Assembly: GCA_977016875.1 (NCBI GenBank)
Contig: CDRNST010000067.1
Location: 3,224,001 to 3,288,000 of the forward strand
DNA from: Pavona decussata
Taxonomy: Eukaryota
Direction: 5' to 3'
DNA length: 64,000 nucleotides
Positions 26,244-38,348 of the stretch are shown here, one piece after another. The position numbers and the translations under genes were made by a program. Every line of letters begins with the position of its first letter. The first letter of the stretch is position 1. The notes under the pieces were generated by a model. The model saw only the letters and a program-made list of their open reading frames with translations. It had not been told where the DNA came from and searched no databases.

Positions 26244-29200
26244 TAGTCCATGAGTCAAGGCCTGAAAAATTGATTTTTGTAGCAACCCCCATGGGACATA
26301 GTGACTTTGGTATCAAATTAAAGCTTATGGTCTCTATTTTACGAATCTACTTGTTACTTTTTATGTAACTGGTGCATGAGCGAGAAATACAACTGTTTTT
26401 AAGGGGGAGTGGGAAAGGAGAAATTGCAATGTTAAGTCTATAGCAACTATAAAATAGTCAATATCTCATCAAATACCTGACACATTTACACCAAAATTGG
26501 CAGAAATACTTATCTCCTCACAGTAAACAAATTTCAGTTGGCAAATATGCAGTGTTGCAATAGCAACGGTCAACCTCTCAATAGCGAATTAGGGCCAAAT
26601 TTCTTACTTTTATGATCCAAATTTTATAAGTGAGTACGATTTAGAAACAAATTATGCGCCCAGAAGTAAAAGTAACTGTTTATCACCAATTTTAGATGTT
26701 ACCGGCTGGTAACAATTCAGGAATTTTGCACAAAATATTGTTCCCGTAGTTCTAGGTGCCAATTTTCCGCACAGGGGTTGAGTTAGGATGGTCTTTGATG
26801 TGAACTCTAAATGTCAATATCTTTAAACACACTTATGCGTTTGTAGTTAAACTTGGTGAGAACATACCTCTTATGAGAAATAAGGGATTGCGCATTACAG
26901 AAGCTGTCTATATTGTTGCCATGGCAACGGTTGCTATGGATTTCATTGTTATTTAAAATTGTTCCTTAGGTAAAGAATATTAATGGTATGATAGTAAAAT
27001 TTGTATGAAATATTAAACAGCAAAAAAGCTATAAAGTGTAACTTTTGTCATATAAACAAAATGGTGTCATCTTGTGTTACTATGGAAACTGCTTATAACT
27101 AACCCCCTATTGTTAACATAATTGTTACTTGGTAAGACTATAACTCTGCCGGTCACAAGCTCAAAAATTAGATGTTGACAAATGTGCAATATGTCAGAAA
27201 GACAAGGCCAAGCATCGAAACGTGAGAAGAGCAAGAACAAGAGAATCGCTTAGACTAAACATAAGCGAGTTTGGTAGTGCAGCTCTCATAAAGGCTGCCT
27301 GTATCCGGAATGACACCCGTATGCTGTTGCATATTGAAGGTCAAGATACTATCGCTATGGAGATAAAATACCATCGTTCATGCTACAAAGAATATGTTCG
27401 CCCAAAGCACCTGGTAAAGTAAGAGGAGCAGAATTGTAAAGAAGAAGATGACGGAACGGAAAGTTACAACAAAGCGTTTATCAAAATCAAAGATTTTGTA
27501 GAAAAGGAAGTCTTCACTGCTGCAAAAGCCATTCCAATGCCTGTTCTTATCGAAAAATACACTTCCCACCTTGCAGAAGAAGGAATACATGGAATGACGT
27601 ACAGGTCATCCAAGCTGAAGAACCGGCTTACCTGATGTTTTGGACAAAGATTGTCCTTTCGCCAGCCATCAAACCAGAATCAATCAGAACTAGTCTATAA
27701 TGCAGAAGTTGAAACAGGCAAAGTGGTAGAAACTGTATTCAAGAATACTGTCCAGGGAGAGCAAATACCAGAGAGTGACAGTGAGACAGATTTGACAGAT
27801 ACACAACAAGAGGGAAACTATCAAAATTACCATACTGCTAAAATGATACGAAGCTTAGTTGCCAACATGAAACCAACAATACCATGGCCACCTGGGTCAG
27901 CAGAAGATCTAGAGTGTGACAGTGTTATAGTACCTGACCTGCTTTATAACATGATGGCTTGGATTCTATCCCCTGACTCAAACTATTCTGACAAAAGAGT
28001 TTCAAACCTCTCACCAGACGTCCATCGCCTCGTTCTCTCTCCTTCTCAGGATCTGATACATTCTGTCAGTCGTGGGCACATAAACACACAAAACATGTCG
28101 TCCTTCCAATGAGCGTAAAGAGCCTTACAGGAAATGTTGAATGGATAACCATTCTGAATAGATTTGGACATGGGTTATCATACTCCCAAATAGAAGAGGT
28201 GGAGACAGCTCTGGCTGAGAATCAGATTTCGAAGCAGCAGAATGGCGCCCCTAGTTCCAAGTGTGTGTTACCCTAATGTCCCTGGTGTATTCTGTTGAGA
28301 TAACAACGACCTACAAGAGGAGATCTTGTCAAGTAAATTCCGAGTCTATGGTGAAACAAACAACTTTTATTATTTTGTTGTTCCATTAATTAGTGAGTAG
28401 ATCTATTGCAAGGTACTATGTAATACTGCATAGTCATTATACTTTTTTTCAATTTTATCGACTCAGTTCCTATTGATCCTCATTTCAAAAATAAAATTTT
28501 TGAAGACATTCCACCAACTAAAAGCTTTGATTCTATAGCATTTATTAAACCCCCTGGCTAGACAGCAATTACAGTACTTTATTGACACACTGCTCAAAGG
28601 GGCTTCTCAGTGACAATTGTTAGGAGTAAAGTGCATACTTTAGCACACTTATTGTACCAATATTTGTATTTGCTGAATTTTACTAAAGGAAAGGGAACCA
28701 CTCATTGCACCAATGGCATTGTTGTTCAGCGCAAACCTCTTACCTGCGCTTTACCACCTGTCAAGTCCACTGACCAGAACCGATCCATCACCTGCATCCC
28801 TACAGGTGTACTGCCTTGTCATTCAGGACCTCGGAAAGGACCTAGCATGCTTGCCATTGATGTTGCCACTGTGAAACAGGCATCCCCAGAGGTCACAGCA
28901 TATCCAAGAATCATCGACTTTGGTTGGGTGCTCTGTAGACGGCCTATTGAAGACACACTATTCTCGGCAACAGAAAGTCAACGCCAAGTAATACCGGCGT
29001 GGAAGGGCTTCAACATGTTGCTATGTGAGAACACTGTTCCGCGTGAATGCCCTGTAGGCTACTGTCCAGTTATTGAAGCCAGCCCTACAGAGCTTCCCAC
29101 TGTCTATACTGTGCTTTAGAGATCTTTACAAATGGCTGACCAGCTCGGGCAACAAGACGTTATTGTTGTGTTCGATCAAGCAATCTATGCAAAGGCCCTT

Positions 29201-32200
29201 GAGGTGCTCTGGCAGAACCAACAACAGTTCCAGTGATTGGAAGTCAGGATTGGCTCTTTTCATACTATCTGTGCTTTTCTCTCTGCCGTTGGCAAGCGCT
29301 TTGGAAATGCTGGACTTGCAGATATACTGATGGAAAGTGGTATAGTTGGCTCAGGATCAGTGACTGGAGTACTTAAAGGCCGTCACTACAACCGAGCTGT
29401 ACGTACACATAAGGTACGTTGACCTAAATTGGATGTAATCTTTACATGATTGCTACAAAATGTATACTTAAACATTTATTTTAAATTTATTTTAGATTGT
29501 CTTTGAAGCAATGCACCGACTCTGGCGGGCGGGTTTCAAGTCATGGCTGGTACGTAACGGTCACCAAATCAACTACATAAACCTCACTGAAGTCTTAAAG
29601 GACATCGGAGAGCAATTCAAGGAGGAGAAATTCAACAAGCTTCTTTCCATGCTTGATTTCCTGGTGTTGTTCAGTCTGTACAATGAATACTGCAAAGAAA
29701 ACAACGGCCCGCTGAAAGTGTTTTGGAATTCTTACCTGGAGATGGTAGAGCTGGTGATGAATTTTGTTTGAGCAACCATGGAAGGGAACTGGGACCTGCA
29801 CCTGGAGAGCATCAAGAATATGCTACCATGGTTCTTTGCCTATGAACACATCAATTATCCCCGCTACTTGCCGGTGTACTTGGCACACATGCTTTTACTC
29901 CAAGACACTCATCCAGAGCACATGCCCTTCTAACAAATGGTGAGTTTGGAGTCCACCAAACAACATCACATGGATTTTCACAGCTGCCAGTGGATCAAAC
30001 CATTGAACAAAGACTGAACCGAAGTACTAAAACAAAGGGAGGAATAGTAGGGTTCAGCCTGAGGAAAGGTGCTGTGCAACGATGGATGTTAACTGCCCAT
30101 TCACATGCTGCTTTTGTTCACAAGTGCCGCAGTATGACCAGAAGAATTCAAGAAGACCAGCTAAGCCTGCACAAGGAGATAGGTTCAGCTCGCATGAAAA
30201 AAGATGAGAAACATGTCAAGAAAGTGGTTGAAGTGCTCAGTAACTGGCGAAATCCATTTGGACAATCCGAAGAACTCACTAGCCTCAGCTCTGGGTATGT
30301 TGCCAGTGAAAGTATGAAGCGGGACCTTTTGATGACAAAAGAGAAGGGAACCACTGCGTTGACTTCATTTGTAGAGAGATTAGCAACTAGTCTAACAGGA
30401 TTCTTTGAAAGACTCCCCAAACTGAAACTGGGAAGTTTCCGTGACGCCTGCAAAAAGTCGTCTTTAACAGTAGGAGACAAGAACGTCGTGATCAGATCGG
30501 ACAGGAATCTATTTGCCTGTTTACTGGTGATTGTACAGAGCCACCACATGGACCTGAGAGAGCTTCTGATCCACGACCTTGGCCCTCTCCCGTGGTCATT
30601 GGCTTCATTTGATGGTTTGTTAGCCAAGACACACAAAGCTGCTTTATCTAAGCTACTCGAAGATGGAGTTGAGTGCCTTCCAAGTTCACCTGATCAGATG
30701 ACGGCCATCATCATAGACGCAATGGTGGTGCTACAGACGCTAGTCAGGGTGCCTGATAAATTTTCTGAGCTGGCAGAGATGGTGATGACCATAATCCTGG
30801 CGGAGGCTGGAGAGGCAATAAGAATTGACTTTGTGGGTGATCAATATCTCCCCATCTCGATTACGAATCCCGAGAGAAACAAGCAATGCAGGGATGGTCA
30901 GCTTGCCATAAACATCACCAGCCCGCAACAGTTCTGCCCACGCCAGTGGAGAAAGTTCATGGCGAATGGAAGTAACAAAACGGGTCTCTTAAACTTCCTT
31001 GTACGTGAGTGGTCAGCAAATCCAGTCTACACACAGAAGATTAAAGACCACACTCTCTTTGTCACTCACAGAGGCATCTGCACCAAACTGGAAGTTTCGC
31101 TGGATACAATTAGTGCAAGCACATTCCTGGACCTTTGCAGTAATCAAGAGGAAGCCGACACCAGGATGCTCCTACATGCAGATCATGCATCTCCAAATGG
31201 ACATCAGCACATCGCTATAAAGTCATCAGATACAGATGTGGAAGTGCTAGCCTGCTATTATCAAGCATTCATTCCCACTGCAATGACACTGATCAGTGGC
31301 ACCAGGAACAGATCTCGCATTGTCAGCATCCCTCACATATGTGCAAAGCTTGGCCCAGAGATATCTCAGGTACTACGGAGTCTGTATGCCATGACCAGTT
31401 GTGATAGTGTCAGTGCCTTTTCTAGCAAAGGAAAGAGGAAAGCTCTCAGTATTGTACACCCGAATCCTGGCCAAAGGCGAATCGTCAGCAATCTTGGTGA
31501 GTGCGTCCATGCTGAAGTACAAGATTTGAACATGTTGGAACAGTTTGTCTGTGCCTTCTACAATGGCCCCAAGTGCAATGATGTAAATGAACTGAGGTAC
31601 AGACCGTTCTGCAAGAGCAAAAACCTCCAGTCACACCAGCTTCCCCCAACAAAAGCAGCTCTAAAAAACCATCTCAAGCGCGCAAACTATCAGGCATTCA
31701 TCTGGGAGCATGCCTTAAAACTGAATATGGACAAAGCTCCAAATGGTCAAGGTTGGCAGTTGAAGGAAGACCAACTGGAAATCTATTGGAGTGATCAGGC
31801 TCCTGCCCCCGATGCTGTGATGAAACTTGTTTGCGCTGTTGCTGCAAAGGATCATGTGCTACACGACGCTGCTCTTGCGTTAGCAATGGTCTTCGTTGCA
31901 CAGAGGCATGTGCATATCAGGACAGCTGTATGAACGGTGCCAACGGGGAACAGTATGAAGAAGATGATGAAAGTGATGACGACAATGATGATGATAACGA
32001 CGGCAATGGCGACGGTGATGATGAGAGCTAGACATTTTAGGTTTTGTCAGTGCGCAGGGTCCTCTGCAAAGGTAGAGTATAAACCTGAGTATTAACTGCA
32101 AACTTACAGTCTTACCAAGTAACAATGTTAACAATAGAGGGTTAGTTATAAGCAGTTTTCATAGTAACACAAGATGACATCATTTTGTTGATATGACAAA

Positions 32201-33028
32201 AGTTACACTTTATAGCTTTTTTGCTGTTTAATATTTTCATACAAATTTTATTATCATACCATTAATATTCTTTATCTTAGGAACAATTTTAAATAACAAT
32301 GAAATCCATTGAAAGCGTTGCCATGGGAACAATATAGACAGCTTCTGTAATGCTCAATCTCTTATTTCTCATAAGGGGTATGTTTTCACCAAGTTTTACT
32401 ACAAACGCATAAGTGTGTTTAAAGATATTGACATTTAGAGTTCACATCAAAGACCATCCTAACCCACCCCCGGTGCGGAAATTTGGCACCTACAACTACA
32501 AGAACAATATTTTGTGCAAAATTCCCGAGCTGCTACCAGCCGGTAACATCTAAAATTGGTGATAAACAGTTACTTTTACTTCTGGGTGCATAATTTGTTT
32601 CTAAATCGTACTCACTTATAAAATTTGGATCAAAAAAGTAAGAAATTTGGCCCTAATTCGCTATTGAAAGGGGGACCGTTGCTATGGCAACACTGCATAT
32701 TTGTCTGCCAACTGAAATTTGTTTACTGTGACGACATAAGTATTTCTGCAAATTTTGGTGTAAATGTGTCAGGTATTTGATGAGATATTGACTATTTTAT
32801 AGTTGCTATAGACTTAACATTGCAATTTCTCCCTACCCACTTCCCCCCCCCCCCCCCCGTTAAAAACAGTTGTATTTCTCGCTCATGCACCAGTTACATA
32901 AAAAGTAACAAGTAGATTCGTAAAATAGAGACAATAAGCTTTAATTTGATACCAAAGTCACTATGTCCCATGGGGGGTGCTACGAAAATCGATTTCTAGC
33001 CACTTTTCAGGATTTGGCTCATGGACTA
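26244..33028 (+). mobile_element. AcademX-type DNA transposon, 6785 bp, with ~0.9-kb terminal inverted repeats
   Basis: Termini TAGTCCATGAG...CTCATGGACTA; TIRs ~26244-27150 and ~32097-33028; flanks TAC/TAG (candidate 3-bp TSD with one mismatch); internal transposase-XPG-Cys8 gene. Confidence 0.88.
27165..32031 (+). pseudogene. Academ transposase-XPG nuclease-Cys8 gene, disrupted
   Basis: CAICQ...YHRSCY; DNND..TTH; FDQAIYAKA; GSFH; MDQTIEQ (transposase). IDAM, QEEADTRMLLHA, SSDTDV, SCDSVSAF (XPG/FEN-like). CCCKGSCATRRCSC...CTEAC, then an acidic tail. Probable introns at ~28333-28687 and 29414-29496. Several stops and frameshifts. Confidence 0.85.
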
Positions 33029-33353
33029 TAGGAGATTTATTCAGCCCACATGGGGAATAAATGATTTTATGCTGCTTGTTAGTGCCAGTCCCCCAGCAAA
33101 GGGTAGGGCGTCATCCGGGTCTTTGATAATCTAATATTTAAGCAGATGAGGCCAGGTCACTGTCCTCTTTTCCAAACTCGAGCTTTAGTAGCAGTTCACA
33201 ATTTTTGTCCAGTTCACACCTTGCAAGCTTTGTCTTCTTCACTGGTAGAGAGTTCTCATAAAGTCAGTGAGCGGACGCCAAAAAGTTAAGTATAAACGTT
33301 GTTCTTAACTGGAACGAATATTTCTCGCGCAGTAAGGCGTGCGAGGCGATTCG

Positions 33354-33961
33354 ATGGCTTGCAGTTCGCTGCCATGTGCTTTGTTGGTTGGCCATTCCTT
33401 CGTGCGAAGAATGATCCAATTCATCTAACAAAACCAAGACAGTGGTTTATATTCACCCACCTTCGGTGTGGATGACACGTGTAACGTCAAGACAATCGGA
33501 ATTGGGGGGAAAACAGTGGAAAAAAGATAAAGTTTGATTTACAAGCTATTCGGGGTACCGCCCCCAATGTCATAATTCTTGACATTGGCTCGAACGATCT
33601 ATGCGACGAGCAAGAGGAGCCGGATACGGTCGCTTTATCGATTCTCACGCTAGTTGAGACTCTTATAAAAGATTTAAGGCTGCGATGTTTACTTTTGTGC
33701 CAAGTCTTGCCTAGGGAAAACCAGCCATTCGCGGAATACAACGAAAGGGTTTGGCGCTTAAATGGGTAACTAAAGGAAGCTGTTAAAGGCATTGATGGGG
33801 CAAAGTTCTGGTTACACCGGGGATTATGTAATCCGTCGTGCAACATTTTTACACGGGATGGAATTCACTTGAACGATGAATGCCATCAAGCGCTGTACCG
33901 CAGCTACCGAGGGGCTATTTTATTCGCCCTGAACTGGAAAAGAGATGAGCATGGCATTTAG
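33354..33961 (+). pseudogene. SGNH/GDSL hydrolase ORF
   Basis: LLVGHSFVRR (block I), GIGGKT (II), ILDIGSNDL (III), DGIHLN (V). Contains stop codons and a frameshift near 33525. Confidence 0.8.
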
Positions 33962-34426
33962 TCTGAGCTCGAATCACATCGTAGCTTCTGCTACAGGGCT
34001 CGTATTTTAGTTCGCAGTGATATTAGATTGTCATTTACTCTTACTTTCAACTTAGAACAACCCAAACAAATGGTTACTGTATAGTATTGTGAGACAATTT
34101 ACTTCTTGTGATAAGTAAAAGAGTGTTAGTGCTTTGAAAATTATTATGATTTCACAGAGATATATTACCAGTATGTCAAGGTCTTTTAAGTTAGAGCAAA
34201 CCTTTCAAGTTAGAACAAAGCCTGCTGTATAGTTTTAGATTCCTTTACTTCCTATGAGGATAAATGAAGATTGTTAGTGTTTTTAACATTCTTATTGACT
34301 TGACATTATTATATTGCCAGCTTGGGGATCATGTTGTTATTTGTGCGAGGGTACTGGTTGGGGATAGTGTCGAAATAGGTTCATGTTAGAGTACCCCTTC
34401 CTTCCCCAACCCCCCCCCCCTCCTCC

Positions 34427-34713
34427 ATGTTATTGTTCAGGGTACGAGTTACCCATTATCTCCCGTGGTACTGTGTACCTTGAGACGGTTTCTCAGAATC
34501 TTATTGTGAAGGGTATGAGTTACCCATTATCTCCCGTGGTACTGTGTACCATGAGACTGTGTCTCAGAATGTTGTTGTTTAGGGTACGAGTTAACCATTA
34601 CCTCCCGTGGTACGGTGTACCGTGAGACTGTGTCTCAAAATAGTTTGTTTGAGGGTACAAGTCACCCATTAACTCTTATGGTATGGTGTCCCGTGAGACT
34701 GTTTCAAAATGTT
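34427..34713. repeat. Tandem repeat, 4 x 71 bp, each unit with three short palindromes
   Basis: Units start at 34439, 34510, 34581 and 34652 (AGGGTACGAGTTACCC...GGTACTGTGTACC...TGAGACTGTGTCTCA). Confidence 0.92.
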
Positions 34714-35050
34714 AAGTGTCATTTAGCGTACTAAGGGTTAGCGGAGAGCTTGTGGGGGACATACCCCCAACTTTTATGGGTGGACCTAGCATTTTTCCTG
34801 GGGTAAAAGTGTGCGGTGTCTGGCATGGTAATTTTTCGGCAGGGGCTATGTTCCTCGAGCCAGTCATGCAATAACAGTGCCGCTGGGAGAGTAAGAATAT
34901 ACTTACTGGTGACTTAACAAGTCAACAATACATACTTCAGGTATTAATGTTTCCCAACTTTTGGGGGTCATACAGTACAATGAAAGCCTTAACAGGCTCT
35001 GGCTAGGTGGGAAACTGTTATACTAAACATTGTCAACATTTGTTAACAGT

Positions 35051-36178
35051 ATGCCACCAAAAAGGAAAGCCAGCTACGCAACTAGAGTGGCCCGAAGGAG
35101 GCCTGTACAGGAAAATAATCCTCACCCGAGCCAGCTTACCATTCAGCCAGCTACAGCGGAGACTCCACAGAGTTTGGCAGGGGCCAATCCACCGCCAGCA
35201 CAGAATGAGCAAAGAGTTAATGCAGCCTGGCTGGCTAATTTAGGAAACTCCATAGCAGCAGTAGTGCAGAAAAGTTTACAAGAGGCAGGGATCAGCATCT
35301 CCAATACACAAGCGCCAAGTCAATCAGGAATACAGTTTGTCTCAGATGTGCCACAGACCAACAGTGTGGGCAGCCATCCACAAGAGGGAGCTGTAGGCCA
35401 ATCATCCGTTCAAGCAGCAGTTCAACAGGTTACAGCCAACCTAGTAGAAGGAGCCAAAGAACCTCCAAGTAGTAAGAATGCATTTATTTCTAGTGCTGTT
35501 CCCTTGTCCCACAGAGTGTCGGACGAAGTCAAAAAACAGATATGGGGTAATGAGTATGTAGATTTTGCAGTGATTTTCAGTAACAATTCAACTAGTGATG
35601 ATCAACATATGTTTAAGATACAAAATGGGAGGGAAGGGCCACCTACCCTTTCCTTAGAACAAAATGTTAAAAAACAGCCAGTCAATACGATTGATCAATG
35701 GACGTTTGCTTTTCAAGCATTTGTGGCTGTGTATTGTGAGCGTTTCTCGTCGGAAACAGCGCAATTAATGAAATATGGTGCCACAGTCAGAGACCTTGCT
35801 GAACGGGGTGCCAACTGGAAATTTTATGACGAGAATTTCCGTTTGTTACGCCAGAGGGAAGTAATGCCGTGGGACCAAATCCATAGTGAGCTCTGGCTGA
35901 GGGCCAGTGTACCCAAAACAAAACAGCCTATCCCATCAAAGTCTACATCGAAACAAAGTGGGCTGTTTTTTCCAAAGGGGTTTTGCTGGACTTTCCTCAG
36001 GGGAGGCAACTGCCCTGGGTGTGACTATAAACACCAGTGCTTTAAATGTGGCCTTAGTCACCCTGTTTCCCGCTGCCAGCAAAACCAGAAACGAGCGGGA
36101 CAGCGCCCTGTCGGAAAAGCAGGGCGGTCAAACCGAAACGCCTCCACCCCCTCCGCTTCCCACACCGGTCAAAGTTAG
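35051..36178 (+). CDS. Gag-like ORF1 of the YR retrotransposon
   Basis: Open from MPPKRK. KKQIWGNEYVDF, TIDQWTFAF and WKFYDENFR are typical of DIRS/Ngaro gag; C-terminal CWTF...C..C..KH.CFKC...H....C zinc fingers. Confidence 0.85.
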   Translation: MPPKRKASYATRVARRRPVQENNPHPSQLTIQPATAETPQSLAGANPPPAQNEQRVNAAWLANLGNSIAAVVQKSLQEAGISISNTQAPSQSGIQFVSDVPQTNSVGSHPQEGAVGQSSVQAAVQQVTANLVEGAKEPPSSKNAFISSAVPLSHRVSDEVKKQIWGNEYVDFAVIFSNNSTSDDQHMFKIQNGREGPPTLSLEQNVKKQPVNTIDQWTFAFQAFVAVYCERFSSETAQLMKYGATVRDLAERGANWKFYDENFRLLRQREVMPWDQIHSELWLRASVPKTKQPIPSKSTSKQSGLFFPKGFCWTFLRGGNCPGCDYKHQCFKCGLSHPVSRCQQNQKRAGQRPVGKAGRSNRNASTPSASHTGQS

Positions 36179-38348
36179 CAGACTAGCCAGATATCTAACA
36201 GGTTACGATGACGAACTTAAAACAAATTTGATTGAGGGTTTCACTTTTGGATTTAGACTACACTTTCAGGGACCCTATAGGGCCTCAAGTTCACACAATT
36301 TGATTTCGGCAAAGCAACACCCAGATGTGGTGGACAGCAAGTTCGTTAAGGAAAGGCAAAGTGGGCGCACACAAGGGCCCTTTAATTATCCACCTTTCCA
36401 TAACTTACGAGTATCCCCTTTGGGGGTAATACCAAAGAAAGCCCCGGGTGAATTTCGAATGATTCATCATTTATCCTTTCCGTACGGAGATTCAATCAAT
36501 ACATTCATTCCACCTGAATTTTCAACAGTCAAATATGCTCCAGTAGATGATGCTATTAATATCATAAAATGTTTGGGACACGGCTGTGTGTTAGCCAAGA
36601 CTGATGTGCAGAGTGCATTTAGAATAATACCAGTGCATCCTTCTGACCACCCCTTACTGGGTTTCCAATGGAGGGGGCAATGGTATTATGATCGTTGTCT
36701 TCCGATGGGTTGTTCTAGTTCATGCAAAACCTTTGAACATTTAAAGTGCCCCTAACCCTTTAAGTTGTTTTCTTTTGGTAGATTTCCATATCTGTGAAGA
36801 TCTCATTTTCGAAAATTTTTTTTAGAAATATTGAATCCTTTTTATTTTACGAGCGCTAAAAGTTACTGAAATTTTTAAATTTTTGCGCCCTTTAAGCCCC
36901 ACTGGGCAAATTTTTGTCTCGTGGGCTCATTAGGAACAAGCCAATGAGAAGCGTCCGATAATTGACACTTTCTTAGCTGTGACGTAAGAAAAGGACACCA
37001 GAAGGATTCAGAAGGAATCTTATGCATGCTGATTCCTTTCTCTACATTTCGAGAGTTGCTGCATCCAAAAACCACACATTTTTCAACCATTTTCTCTGCT
37101 TACAATTGAAGCATTACCGCGAATCTTCGGATATTTTTGCACGATGTCCTTTTCTTACGTCACACTCCATATTTGGCCGAGAGGGAGACTAAGGCGAACG
37201 ATAGGTGAAAATATCGACAAGACTGCCTTCACTTCTAGCGCTCGTAGGAAAAAAAGCATTCAATATTTCTCAAAATTTTTTTCGAAAATAAGTTCATGAA
37301 AAATATGGAAATCTACCAAAAGAAAACAAATTGAAGGGTTAGGGGCACTTTAAGAACAGCAATGGAATGGATAGCTCGCAATAAGCTCGGTATTCCACAC
37401 ATTTTGCATATTTTAGATGATTTTCTTATCATCGGGGAGTCCACACAAGATTGCCAGGCTAAACTTCAAAGGTTTTTACATTTTTGCGAAGACATAGGGG
37501 TTCCCATGGCTCCTGAAAAAACGGAGGGTCCTTCTCCAGTACTCGCATTTGCAGGCATTGAATTAGATTGCCTTAAGTATGAAGCCAGGCTTCCTCAAGA
37601 AAAGGTAGAGAAATGCATAGATGGTATCCAGAATGCCCGGGGGCAAAATAAGATCACCCTTCGGGATCTGCAATCCCTGATTGGTTCCTTGAATTTTGCC
37701 TGTTCGGTAATTGTTCCTGGTAGAGTATTTCTGCGTCGGGTGATTAACTTGACAATCGGCAAAAAGAACCCCCGTCATTTCATTCCGATTACAAAAGAAA
37801 TGAAGCAGGATTTGCAAATGTGGGAAATATTTTTCCAGTCCTTTAATGGCAAGTCATTTTTCTTAGAGGAAGCCTGGGCAACTTCAGGTCAGCTCAGGTT
37901 TTACACCGATGCAGCAAAATCCAAGGGTTATAGTATAGTATTTGGAAGCCACTGGGCATATGGGGAATGGCCAAGCAGTTGGAAGACCAAACGTGATATT
38001 TCTTTTCTTGAGTTTTTTCCCATTGTTGTTGGGTTAAGCTTGTGGTGTTATAATCTAAGGAACAAGAAGGTTCTCTTCATGACAGACAATGAGAGTGTTG
38101 TTCATGTCATTAATAAGCAGACTTCACGTGACCCATACTTGCTATCCTTAATTAGGATGATGGTGTTAATCTGTTTGAGGAATAATATCCTATTCAGGGC
38201 AAAACACGTACCAGGCGTTAAGAATGGGCTAGCTGATAGTTTGTCTCGGTTGCAGGTTGACAAATTCAAGGGCATGTCTCAAGGGCTGGATCGGGTCCCG
38301 ACTCCCCTACCCGAACATTTGAGGCCAGAGAATTGGGAGATACCCTAA
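35907..38348 (+). pseudogene. Reverse transcriptase / RNase H, interrupted by the MITE at 36745-37349
   Basis: LPTPV, SPLGVIPKK, FRMIHHLS, KTDVQSAFR, LPMGCSSS, ILDDF, FYTDA, FLEFFPI, TDN, ADSLSR. Removing the MITE and one TTAA restores the frame (FEHLRTAMEW). Confidence 0.92.
36745..37349 (-). mobile_element. Non-autonomous Kolobok-type element, 605 bp
   Basis: TTAA TSD (36741-36744, 37350-37353); ~120-bp TIRs beginning AGTGCCCCTAACCCTT; THAP N-terminal remnant MVEKCVVFGCSN...GISMHKIP on the minus strand from 37090. Confidence 0.88.

Noticed and set aside
30148-30636. Antisense ORFs overlapping the Academ, EnSpm and ISL2EU coding regions
   Set aside because: Shadow ORFs opposite real coding frames, with no independent motifs.
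33082-33100. Split direct repeat of the Ngaro element (CAGTCCCCCAGCAAA vs CAGTCCTTCCCAGCAAA at ~39928)
   Set aside because: The match is too short and imperfect to call a terminal repeat by eye; used only as a rough boundary hint.
34427-34713. CRISPR-like array
   Set aside because: Whole 71-bp units are repeated with no unique spacers, there are no cas genes, and the context is eukaryotic.
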